This document shows positions 9,672 through 17,936 of a stretch of 64,000 nucleotides of DNA, in pieces (positions within the stretch are counted from its first letter, which is position 1; every line of letters starts with the position of its first letter). Source of the stretch: an uncultured Nitrospiraceae bacterium (GTDB lineage: Bacteria; Nitrospirota; Thermodesulfovibrionia; Thermodesulfovibrionales; UBA6898); the NCBI GenBank assembly GCA_963811165.1, contig CAWEQH010000010.1:512001-576000 (forward strand), in the 5' to 3' direction. The position numbers and the translations under genes are program-made. Below the pieces are notes generated by a model that saw only the letters and a program-made list of their open reading frames with translations, did not search any database and was not told where the DNA came from.

Positions 9672-10711
9672 GACTCTTCACCGATAAAACACTGCGGATC
9701 CTCGGCGAGAAAGTCTTCATCTCCTTTGGCAAGCGAATAGGCATATGCGATCGCTCTGCACCCCCGGCATCCCGACCATCTCCCGCATCTGCCGCATTTC
9801 CCTTTGTACCTTCCCTTGTCCCTGAGCGCCTGAAGAACAGGAGAAGTCGCCCAGACTTCCCGAATCCTGTCTTCCCTTATGTTCCCTATCGGGACAAACA
9901 GCCTCCTGCACGGCACGATCGTACCGTCTGGAAGGAAGGTGAGTCCGGAAATGCCCGCGGCACACCCACTGGTCGATACAGAGCTGCCCTCGGCCGCACA
10001 TCTCATCTGTGACGCCACAGGGTCGCCCGTGACAATCTCGAGTCCTTCCGTCTTCATCGAAAAAATCTTTTCGTATATCTCCTTCACCTTTTCCCTGCCG
10101 ATCATCTTATCGAGGAGCCCCAACCCTCTTCCCGAGGGTACGAGTCTCGAAAACCCGAGTTTCTGCACGCCAAGCGTCCTGGCGAGTTCCGGCAGGCCCA
10201 GTAAGTCTTCAGAGTTGACCTCGGAGAGCGTCGCATTCATCGTGACATTCAGACCCGCCCCCAGAAGGTTCCCGATGCCCTCCACCGCCGCTGCGAAGGC
10301 ACCTTTTCCTCTTATCGAATCATGCACATCCTCAGGCCCCTCCATACTAACCTGGACACCTTTTACGCCGAGTCCGGCAAGCGCCCTCGCCTTTTCCTTA
10401 CTGATAAGCGTGCCGTTTGAAAGAAGGTATATGTCGAACCCCCGTTTCCCGATCGCCTCGATGACCTCCAATATATCCTGTCTTAGCAGGGGCTCCCCGC
10501 CTGTGATATTGAAGCTTGAAGAAAACGAAATATCGTAGGCTTCGGACCAGGTCTTCAGCGTGTCTTCGAACTCCTCTACCACGCCTTTTATCTCTTCAAG
10601 GGTCAACTCTTCAGTCCTGCCGCCCGTCTGATAGCAATGCGTACATCTTAAATTACATCTTTCGGTCAGATGCCACTGGATAAAAAATTCATGAGCGTTC
10701 GTTATGGACAT
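9668..10711 (-). CDS. Radical SAM / SPASM-domain protein, candidate peptide maturase
   Basis: CNLRCTHC (CxxxCxxC), ITGGEPL, SPASM cysteines GCAAG...VPC...GKCGRC....CRGCRA...DPQC. Confidence 0.92.
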   Translation of the reverse strand: MSITNAHEFFIQWHLTERCNLRCTHCYQTGGRTEELTLEEIKGVVEEFEDTLKTWSEAYDISFSSSFNITGGEPLLRQDILEVIEAIGKRGFDIYLLSNGTLISKEKARALAGLGVKGVQVSMEGPEDVHDSIRGKGAFAAAVEGIGNLLGAGLNVTMNATLSEVNSEDLLGLPELARTLGVQKLGFSRLVPSGRGLGLLDKMIGREKVKEIYEKIFSMKTEGLEIVTGDPVASQMRCAAEGSSVSTSGCAAGISGLTFLPDGTIVPCRRLFVPIGNIREDRIREVWATSPVLQALRDKGRYKGKCGRCGRWSGCRGCRAIAYAYSLAKGDEDFLAEDPQCFIGEES

Positions 10712-10803
10712 AAAGCAAACAATTCCTCCGATATGTTAACTATTATAATAATTTCCCCAGGCGCCATGAAACATAAACAACCCTTGGATAATCAACGTCA
10801 CGC

Positions 10804-10837
10804 AAAAAAAACGGATATGGCATGTTTTCCATATCCG
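10804..10837 (-). terminator. Rho-independent terminator after the putative selenopeptide gene
   Basis: Minus strand CGGATATGG-AAAACATG-CCATATCCG followed by 8 T. Confidence 0.8.
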
Positions 10838-10851
10838 CCTCAAAAAATTTC

Positions 10852-10867
10852 GTTGCCGACCGGCAAC
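10852..10867 (-). promoter_or_regulatory. Putative bacterial SECIS hairpin
   Basis: Minus strand GTTGCC-GGTC-GGCAAC, resembling the E. coli fdhF SECIS apical stem-loop (GGTTGCA-GGTC-TGCACC); loop starts 17 nt after the second in-frame TGA and 26 nt after the first. Confidence 0.72.
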
Positions 10868-10868
10868 T

Positions 10869-10991
10869 TCAGCTCTTTCAACCCTTTCATTTGTGGCATA
10901 GCTTGCCAGGGTTTTCCTTTGCGGCCTTCTTTAATGCCGTCCAAAAGGCTGCCTCCTTGACAAGAGCCTCTCTGCTCACTGTCTTCTTCAC
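10869..10991 (-). CDS. Putative selenocysteine-containing RiPP precursor, MKKTVSREALVKEAAFWTALKKAAKENPGKLCHKUKGUKS (not in ORF track)
   Basis: GGAGGAGGTG RBS, then ATACAG, then GTG at 10991; Cys32 followed in exact 3-residue register by TGA at 10887-10889, 10878-10880 and 10869-10871; SECIS-like hairpin and terminator downstream; adjacent to rSAM/SPASM gene. Confidence 0.7.
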
Positions 10992-11063
10992 CTGTATCAC
11001 CTCCTCCTCTGAAACAAGCAGATATGCGCCATCGCGCGATTTGGATATAGGAACTCTCTATTT

Positions 11064-11091
11064 ATGATATCTCACCCATAGAAAAAAGCAA
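11064..11091 (-). promoter_or_regulatory. Putative sigma70-type promoter of the peptide gene
   Basis: Minus strand TTGCTT-N16-TATCAT, ~70 nt upstream of the GTG start. Confidence 0.4.
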
Positions 11092-11102
11092 GCGGAATAA
11101 AG

Positions 11103-13058
11103 CTAAGGCAGTTCCAGGAATTTTTTCAAAGAGACGGCGTCGCAGATGGGTTCAAGACAAGCCCCCGAGGCAAGGCAGGGGGTAACGCACCCGTCTTCAC
11201 CATTATGCGCCACCGTCTTATATGGTCTGAAAAGGTTTACTGCAGCAGCCGCAAGTTCTCTTCCTGCCTGAGCCCCCACAGTCAGTTTTATCATGTTAAA
11301 ATAGGCGTCGGTTGCGCAAAAAAAGTACCCCGCATGGATACTCAGGTCAAATGCACTGCCGGCAAAGGTCTTTAGCCCTTCTTTAGCCCGCCGGTAATAT
11401 TCCTCTTTCCCGGTGATAAAGTGAAGCCTGAGCAACTGCATGATCCCGACCGAATTAGCCGAGGGATGGGGGATGTCTTCAACCGCCTTGAGCCTCATCC
11501 CCAAGACCTCTTCGTCGGTATCAAAAAACCCGCCGGCTCCTTCATCCCAGAATTTTTTAATACAAAGCCCCGCAATCTTTTCCGCGTGCGTAAGATACAG
11601 AGGCTCCGCCTGCACTTCGTAGGCGTCGATCATGGCAGCCATGATATTCACATAATCGTCAAGAACACCCTTCACCCCTTCGCAGTGGAGAAGTTCGCCG
11701 TCTGCGATACAGCTATTCCAAATCCTCTCCAGACTCTTAAGCGCAAAGTCTTTCACTTTCTCGTCCCCAAGGACCCTGTACGCCGTCAGATAAGCCGAGA
11801 TGAACATACCGTTGAGTCCGCAGTAGAGCGTCTTATCGATAAACGGCTCGGTTCGCACATTTCTCCCCCTGAGTAATTTTTCCCTGGCCGAGCGGACGAT
11901 TTCCAGGACCTTTTGAAGTTCAAAGCCGGTTGCCGCAGCGATATCTTCAGGTTCCATCGCAATGAAGAGCACCTTTTTCGATTCATCGTGGTGCATAGAC
12001 CCTCTGTCGCTGAAGAGATACATCTTCATTACCATATATTCTTCCTCGCTGAGAAGGTCCTCGAGGTCTTCCTCTTTCCATGTAAAATACCCTCCCTCAT
12101 CGTCGGGAGTTACATCGGCATCCTGGCTTGCATAAAAACCCCCTCCGGGATCTGACAGCACTTCCCGGGAAAATCGTATTATCCCCTCGGCTACGGATTT
12201 AAAGCATTCGGACCCGAATATTGCATACGCAGACGAATAATTCCTCAGGAGCCAGGCGTTGTCGTCGGCCATCTTTTCAAAGTGGGGGATTATCCATGCC
12301 TCATCCGTTGAATACCTGTGAAATCCGCCGCCAAGCTGGTCATGGAACCCGCCCTTTGCCATGGCCTCGAGGGTCTTCCTCACCACGTATCCGGCCGTTT
12401 CCTCACGTGTAAAAAAAAGCCTGTTCATAAGAAACTCAAGGGCACCGGGCGCAGGAAATTTTGGGGCGGTCCCGAACCCCCCGTGCTCAGGATCAAAGGC
12501 GGACACCAGAGACGATTCTGCATGATCAAGAAGGGCCTTGTCTATCTCTCCGGAGGAGGAACCTTCCCCTCTTAGGGCATCAAGCAGCCTCTGGGCATAG
12601 CCGTCGATCTCTCCGCGCCTGGTCTTATAAAACTCCGATACCGCTTTAAGCACCTTCCCAAACCCCGGCCTCCCCTGCCTGTCTTCAGGGGGAAAATAGG
12701 TGCCGCCGAAAAAAGGTTTTTTTTGGGGAGTAAGAAAAACGGTCAGGGGCCATCCGCTGCCGTTTCCCATCGCAGAGACCGCCCTTTGATAACGTCTGTC
12801 GATGTCGGGCCTCTCGTCCCTGTCGAGCTTTATACTGACAAAATTTTCGTTGAGGATGCCGGCGATCACTACGTCCGAAAAAGATTCCTCCGCCATGACG
12901 TGACACCAATGACACCATGCGGCCCCCGTGCTGAGAAAAACAGGCTTGTCCTCTTTCGCGGCTTTTTCGAATGCTTCCTCGCACCACGGGTACCAATCGA
13001 TCAACTGCCCGGCTGCGTGTTTCAGATAAGGGGATTTCTCCTGAGACAGCCTGTTCAT
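11103..13058 (-). CDS. Thioredoxin-domain protein, YyaL/SSP411 (DUF255) family
   Basis: NRL..EKSPYL.HA...IDWYPW, WCHWCHVMAEESF, GWPLTVFLTP, APKFP, PHFEKM..DNA; start at MNRL (13058). Confidence 0.92.
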   Translation of the reverse strand: MNRLSQEKSPYLKHAAGQLIDWYPWCEEAFEKAAKEDKPVFLSTGAAWCHWCHVMAEESFSDVVIAGILNENFVSIKLDRDERPDIDRRYQRAVSAMGNGSGWPLTVFLTPQKKPFFGGTYFPPEDRQGRPGFGKVLKAVSEFYKTRRGEIDGYAQRLLDALRGEGSSSGEIDKALLDHAESSLVSAFDPEHGGFGTAPKFPAPGALEFLMNRLFFTREETAGYVVRKTLEAMAKGGFHDQLGGGFHRYSTDEAWIIPHFEKMADDNAWLLRNYSSAYAIFGSECFKSVAEGIIRFSREVLSDPGGGFYASQDADVTPDDEGGYFTWKEEDLEDLLSEEEYMVMKMYLFSDRGSMHHDESKKVLFIAMEPEDIAAATGFELQKVLEIVRSAREKLLRGRNVRTEPFIDKTLYCGLNGMFISAYLTAYRVLGDEKVKDFALKSLERIWNSCIADGELLHCEGVKGVLDDYVNIMAAMIDAYEVQAEPLYLTHAEKIAGLCIKKFWDEGAGGFFDTDEEVLGMRLKAVEDIPHPSANSVGIMQLLRLHFITGKEEYYRRAKEGLKTFAGSAFDLSIHAGYFFCATDAYFNMIKLTVGAQAGRELAAAAVNLFRPYKTVAHNGEDGCVTPCLASGACLEPICDAVSLKKFLELP

Positions 13059-13086
13059 CTCACAACCCGAGGCCTGCACCGCATGC

Positions 13087-13593
13087 TCATCGTCTCTTGA
13101 TCATCTTCATCGTCTCACGCATAAAAGCCGGAAGGTCTGACGGTTGGCGGGAGGTAACAAGGTTTCCGTCGACGACGACCTCCCTGTCTTCATAAACCGC
13201 CCCGGCTTCTTTCATCTCAGGAGCAACGGATCTATAGCAAGTGGCATGTCTGCCCTTAAGAAGGCCCGCGGTTATCAGTATTTGAGGTCCATGGCATATC
13301 GCCGAAACCGGTTTGTTTTTCTTGAAAAAAAACCGGGCTATCCCGACCGCCGTCCGATCTTTCCTTACCTCCTCCGGCGCTTTCCCTCCAGGCAGGACAA
13401 GGATGTCATATACCTCAGGGTCTACCTCTTCAAGAGTCTTATTTATCTCGATCTCGTAGCCGTGCTTGCCCTTTATCCTACCTTTTTTCATTGAAGCGAT
13501 ATCCACCTGTATCCCTTCTTCCTTCAACCGGTAATAGGGGACAAACAGCTCCATGTCCTCAAAGTTGTCTGCGCTGATCATTAATGCCTTCAT
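13087..13593 (-). CDS. PfpI/DJ-1 family intracellular protease/glyoxalase
   Basis: FEDMEL, LVLPGG, AICHGP catalytic motif, VVDGNLVTSR.PSDL. Confidence 0.92.
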   Translation of the reverse strand: MKALMISADNFEDMELFVPYYRLKEEGIQVDIASMKKGRIKGKHGYEIEINKTLEEVDPEVYDILVLPGGKAPEEVRKDRTAVGIARFFFKKNKPVSAICHGPQILITAGLLKGRHATCYRSVAPEMKEAGAVYEDREVVVDGNLVTSRQPSDLPAFMRETMKMIKRR

Positions 13594-13873
13594 AGATCCC
13601 CTCTTTTTATCACATTTGCATCATATCCTATCACAAAGAGGCAATTTGTCAATGGCATAGCGGTTAACATAGCATAGCGGGTAACAACCCATTTCCGGTA
13701 CTTTTCCACTTAGGGCAACCCAGAAACACATTTCAGGGAAAAACTGTAAGAAGATGAAAATAAAGTTTTCCCGGCTAAGCCCTATGGGCACTACCAAGCG
13801 TGACAGATTCTATAGCATTATCGTGTCAAGGTGTTATAATTTTTCTAACAATGCCTCTTATGGTTCGTCCGAT

Positions 13874-14764
13874 ATGAAAGAAGATAAAATATATGATTGC
13901 CTCATCATCGGGGCAGGGCCCGGCGGTCTGCAGGCGGCCATATATCTCGGCCGATATAACCGGGAAGTCCTGATCATCGACAGGGGAGGAGGGAGGACGG
14001 GGCACGCAAAACAGATCGAGAACTTCCTCACCCAGAAGGTCATTTCCGGCCGGGAAATCATACAGAGAGGGATGGAGCAGGCCGCACATTTCAATGTGAA
14101 GACGGAAAAGGGAGAGGTCATACAAATCCGCAAAAATGATTATTTCGAAGTCTCTACGAAAGAAAAGCGGTATATCGGGAAATTCGTCATCGTTGCTACC
14201 GGCGCCAACGACAACCTGCCGCCTGTAGAGAACGTCCACAAATTTCTGGGCACCTATTTCTATACCTGCATCGACTGCGACGGCTACCGGACTACGGGCA
14301 AGAAACTCATCATCCTGGGAAACTCTCTGAAAACCGTTCACCTGGCGTTCGGCATGAAAGAGATGTTCACCAAGGACATCACGCTTATTCTCTATTTTCT
14401 TACCCCGCCCGATGAATACGTCGAAACGCTGAAGGAGGAGGGCATTCGCCTGATCATAGGCCGTCCCGCAAAGATAATAGGCGACCGGATGATCAAAGCC
14501 ATCGAACTGCAAGACGGCACGCTGATCGAATGCGAGGTGATAATGTCCAATTTCGGATACAAGTTAAACGATTCATTCCTCTCAGGGCTTGGCTTGAAGA
14601 AGGATAGGGACGATTTCAAGTACGTAACCAACCGCGACTATGAGTCGTCGCTCAGCGGGCTCTACATCCTCGGTCCGCTGACCGGCAACGACCAGGCGAT
14701 CATCGCGGCGGGCGAAGGCGCCTCCGCTGCGATCGACATAAAAAAAAGGCTCCTGGAGCAGTAA
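13874..14764 (+). CDS. Thioredoxin reductase-like NAD(P)/FAD-dependent oxidoreductase
   Basis: IIGAGPGG FAD motif, VATGA, CIDCDG redox motif, QAIIAAGEG; start likely 13874. Confidence 0.85.
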   Translation: MKEDKIYDCLIIGAGPGGLQAAIYLGRYNREVLIIDRGGGRTGHAKQIENFLTQKVISGREIIQRGMEQAAHFNVKTEKGEVIQIRKNDYFEVSTKEKRYIGKFVIVATGANDNLPPVENVHKFLGTYFYTCIDCDGYRTTGKKLIILGNSLKTVHLAFGMKEMFTKDITLILYFLTPPDEYVETLKEEGIRLIIGRPAKIIGDRMIKAIELQDGTLIECEVIMSNFGYKLNDSFLSGLGLKKDRDDFKYVTNRDYESSLSGLYILGPLTGNDQAIIAAGEGASAAIDIKKRLLEQ

Positions 14765-14777
14765 ACAGACGCTGTCC

Positions 14778-15365
14778 TCAGTGCAGGAAGGGGATCTTGA
14801 ATATCAGGAGATATCCGTTGACCGAAAGAAGGCTGCCCATCACCGCAGAGATCATGGAAATAATAAAAACAGCATGAGAAGAAGAGAGGATAGCTATGGA
14901 TGAAAGCACGATCGATATCTGAAGAAGCACCTCGGCGTAGTCGAAATAGGGGTCCTTGCTCCTGTTGATCTCCCGTTCAGATTCCAGTTTTTTCGCTTCC
15001 TGTTCTATCGGCAGCTTCTCTTTCCTGTAACGCTCCTCTTCTTCACCGATCTTTTTGATCTGTCCTTCATAATGTTTCCGCGCCTCTTCAGTCATCGACT
15101 TCCCCCGTTCAATGAGACCCGCCTCCATCTGCATCTTCTGCGTCCTGTAAAGGTGTTCCCTCATGACCTTGGACTGGTAGAACGCCCATTGGTCTGATGA
15201 CTGCTGCTGGGCAAGCAGCATCTCTTTCATCGCGTTATTGCCTCCCAACGAGGTGACCGCAAGCAACACCGCATACATTGCGGTCGTGAGGGCCACCCGC
15301 TTCGTAAATTTTTTGTCCTTTAGTTCATCCAGTTCCTCGGTGTTTGGAAGCTCGACTTCGGCCAT
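14778..15365 (-). CDS. DUF4337 family membrane protein
   Basis: VALTTA..AVLLA...LGG, SDQWAFYQSK..REH, coiled coil, AEVLLQISIVLSS; AGGAGG RBS before ATG 15365. Confidence 0.75.
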   Translation of the reverse strand: MAEVELPNTEELDELKDKKFTKRVALTTAMYAVLLAVTSLGGNNAMKEMLLAQQQSSDQWAFYQSKVMREHLYRTQKMQMEAGLIERGKSMTEEARKHYEGQIKKIGEEEERYRKEKLPIEQEAKKLESEREINRSKDPYFDYAEVLLQISIVLSSIAILSSSHAVFIISMISAVMGSLLSVNGYLLIFKIPFLH

Positions 15366-15605
15366 CTCGTTTTCCTCCTGAGCTACGTTGGGATCTAATT
15401 TGATAAAAGAGAAGTATTTTATCATATCGGGGAATCCTAATGAACAAACTCGGGTCTTTGCTATTCCAAAAGCCATCATGCGCAGTAAAAAAAATTTTCG
15501 CCAGTTATCTAAGCTCGCCTCACCAGTTCATTCTGCGAAGTTCTGCAATTTCTAGTATACTTTTAAATATATGGTCCCAATGAACGATGCACGGAGGAGG
15601 TCGCA

Positions 15606-16238
15606 GTGGAGAACAAATCAAAGATTTCTGAAATAATAAAGAAACTAAAAAAAGAGTATCCGGAACCTAAGACCGCCCTGAACTTCAAGAGTCCCTTCGA
15701 ACTCCTCGTCGCAACCATACTCTCGGCGCAAACGACAGACGTTCATGTCAATAGGGTGACGGCATCTCTTTTTAAGAAATATAAAACGATTAAAGACTAT
15801 GCAGAAGTCCCTATCGACACGCTTCGCAAGGAGCTCAGTTCCATAAACTTCTATAACAACAAGGCAAAAAATATCCAGGCCTCGGCAAAAATGATCATCG
15901 ATCGATTCACTTCTCAAGTCCCAAAGACCATGGAAGAGCTGACGGCACTGCCGGGGGTAGCGAGAAAGACAGCGAACATCGTGCTTTCGAACGTTTACGG
16001 GATCAACGAGGGCATCGCGGTCGACACCCATGTAAAAAGGCTCACATTCAGACTCGGGCTCACCAAAAACACTGACCCGGTTAAGATCGAAAAAGACCTC
16101 ATGGCGATTACACCGAGGGAAGAATGGGGTACGCTGACGCACCTTCTGATCTCCCATGGAAGAAAGATATGCCAGGCGAAGAAACCGAAGCACGGTGAGT
16201 GCGTTCTTTACGATCTCTGCCCCTCCAGAGATATTTAA
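15606..16238 (+). CDS. nth: Endonuclease III
   Basis: ATILSAQTTD, HhH motif LPGVARKTAN, IAVDTHV; C-terminal Fe-S motif with His at the second Cys position. Confidence 0.95.
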   Translation: MENKSKISEIIKKLKKEYPEPKTALNFKSPFELLVATILSAQTTDVHVNRVTASLFKKYKTIKDYAEVPIDTLRKELSSINFYNNKAKNIQASAKMIIDRFTSQVPKTMEELTALPGVARKTANIVLSNVYGINEGIAVDTHVKRLTFRLGLTKNTDPVKIEKDLMAITPREEWGTLTHLLISHGRKICQAKKPKHGECVLYDLCPSRDI

Positions 16239-16258
16239 GAACGCTACGGAGGCGGCTC

Positions 16259-16735
16259 ATGTCACGCAGCAATTGCAAAATTCTCGATACAGGCGACAAC
16301 TTTCCTAAACTGACCTTCGGTTCGGTCGAAGGCGGCGTCATCACCCTGCCCGATGATTTCGACAGCAGGTGGAACATACTTCTTTTTTATCGCGGACATT
16401 GGTGAATATTTTGCCGACAGCAGTTGCTGGATTTCCAAAAACACATGAAAGACTTTGCGAAAAAGAATATCCAGGTCATTGCCGCTTCGGCAGATCCATG
16501 GGAGAAGGCGTTACAGACGGTGGAAAGATACAGGTTGACCCTTCGGATCGGCCACAGCCTGAACCCTCCCGAGATATCCGCACTCACCGGCGCCTTTTAT
16601 AACGCCCATGAGAATTACCTCCACGCTGCCGGCTTTATATTGGGGCCGGACGGAAAAGTAGAAAACGCGGTCTACAGCAGTCGGTCCATAGGCAGACTGG
16701 TAGCACAGGACTGCCTCGACTTTATCGGGTCATAA
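16259..16735 (+). CDS. AhpC/TSA (peroxiredoxin-like) selenoprotein with UxxC active site
   Basis: ORF-track pieces 16199-16405 and 16424-16735 share one frame joined by TGA 16403-16405, giving LLFYRGHW-U-IFCRQQL, which matches the FYRGxWCPxCxxQL redoxin motif; GGAGG RBS before ATG 16259. Confidence 0.88.
16418..16429 (+). promoter_or_regulatory. Putative SECIS hairpin of the peroxiredoxin-like selenoprotein
   Basis: CAGC-AGTT-GCTG hairpin after a 12-nt spacer from the in-frame TGA; loop G at +18. Confidence 0.6.
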
Positions 16736-16951
16736 CTGGGACAGCCGGCAGACGGCAGGCCATCCTAAAATTTATTCTTTCTTTTATCTTTATCGCACAA
16801 CGTCTCCCGGTATTGTCAACCCGAAAAAAGCCGCAGGGTAGTGCCCTGGGACACTATCGAGTCGCGGAACTGCTTTGACAAAATCCAATTTTATGGTAGC
16901 CTTTTACCAGACATCGCATTCTTTGATTGACTCACAGAGGGAGGTGCGGAG

Positions 16952-17371
16952 ATGAACGCGAGGGAATATTACGAGCTTTTCAGATATCTCATGGAACAGA
17001 GGTGCCTTCGTCAGGAAGACATTGTCTTCGTGGAAAACATTGCCGAGTGGTGCAAAGAACAGGGGATACCCGAGCCTGATAGGGATAAGCCGCTTAAGCT
17101 CCTTATGAAAGACGGTCAGGGCTGCAAGATGCTTGTAAGGGAGAACCTGCCGGATAAGGTCATCGACGATCGTATCAGGGCGGTAAGTATCCGCAACCAG
17201 GTCACCGATGTCGCATCCGGCAAGGCGGATATGCTCGACACGCCCCACCGGAAGCTTGCCTTTCTCTTCCTAAACGAATACGCCTACAGTCTTCCGGAAG
17301 TCGTCGATGATCTCCTCGCGGATAAGTGGGCGTTTGAGGAGATGGAGAGACTGGGATACTTCAAACAGTAA
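16952..17371 (+). CDS. Hypothetical protein
   Basis: 139 aa ORF with GGGAGG RBS and an upstream TTGACA-N16-TAGCCT promoter-like element. Confidence 0.65.
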   Translation: MNAREYYELFRYLMEQRCLRQEDIVFVENIAEWCKEQGIPEPDRDKPLKLLMKDGQGCKMLVRENLPDKVIDDRIRAVSIRNQVTDVASGKADMLDTPHRKLAFLFLNEYAYSLPEVVDDLLADKWAFEEMERLGYFKQ

Positions 17372-17390
17372 GCGAGGGACAGCAGGGAAC

Positions 17391-17840
17391 ATGCCTCATT
17401 TTGGCCTGATGAATACTGACGACAGCTTTAAGACGGAAGAAGGCGCACGACTACGCGCCAGGCTCCACATCCGTGCGGGTAAAAGGCGGTTGCGTCAGGG
17501 CAAGATATCGTCGGGCATCGTGACTTTGTACGATGCCCTCCTCTTTGCTATGGATTCGTACCTAATGTCTCCAGAGCGGAGAAATAAACTCGACATAAGA
17601 GAAGGCGAAGACCTGAAAAACGATAAGACACTTTATTCTGTGCTGACGCGTTCGGGAGTGCTTGACGGGAAGTTTGATTATATTGCTTTCGACAAGGTAG
17701 TGGAAGGCGAGGCTTCCGAAGAAATGCCGGGGTATGATTATGCGTGGATACTGGAGGGCGTGGAATCGGTGATGACCCAGCTCTGTGTCATGCCGTTTGA
17801 CGAAGCATCACTTCCCCCGGAAGACCCGAATACGTTTTAG
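17391..17840 (+). CDS. Hypothetical protein
   Basis: ORF starting MPHFGLM, RARLHIRAGKRRL, C-terminal PFDEASLPPEDPNTF; function unknown. Confidence 0.65.
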   Translation: MPHFGLMNTDDSFKTEEGARLRARLHIRAGKRRLRQGKISSGIVTLYDALLFAMDSYLMSPERRNKLDIREGEDLKNDKTLYSVLTRSGVLDGKFDYIAFDKVVEGEASEEMPGYDYAWILEGVESVMTQLCVMPFDEASLPPEDPNTF

Positions 17841-17936
17841 GCGCTTTCACAATATCAGCCGCATTTATTGACTGCAGTAGGTCGAGCAATAATCCTGTCT
17901 GAATAATGTTTTTTCTTGAATGGGCAAAAACGTCAA

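Noticed and set aside
10742..10868. Readthrough of the third TGA of the peptide gene as Sec
   Set aside because: That TGA lies 1 nt from the hairpin stem, and the extension would run through the intrinsic terminator; treated as the stop.
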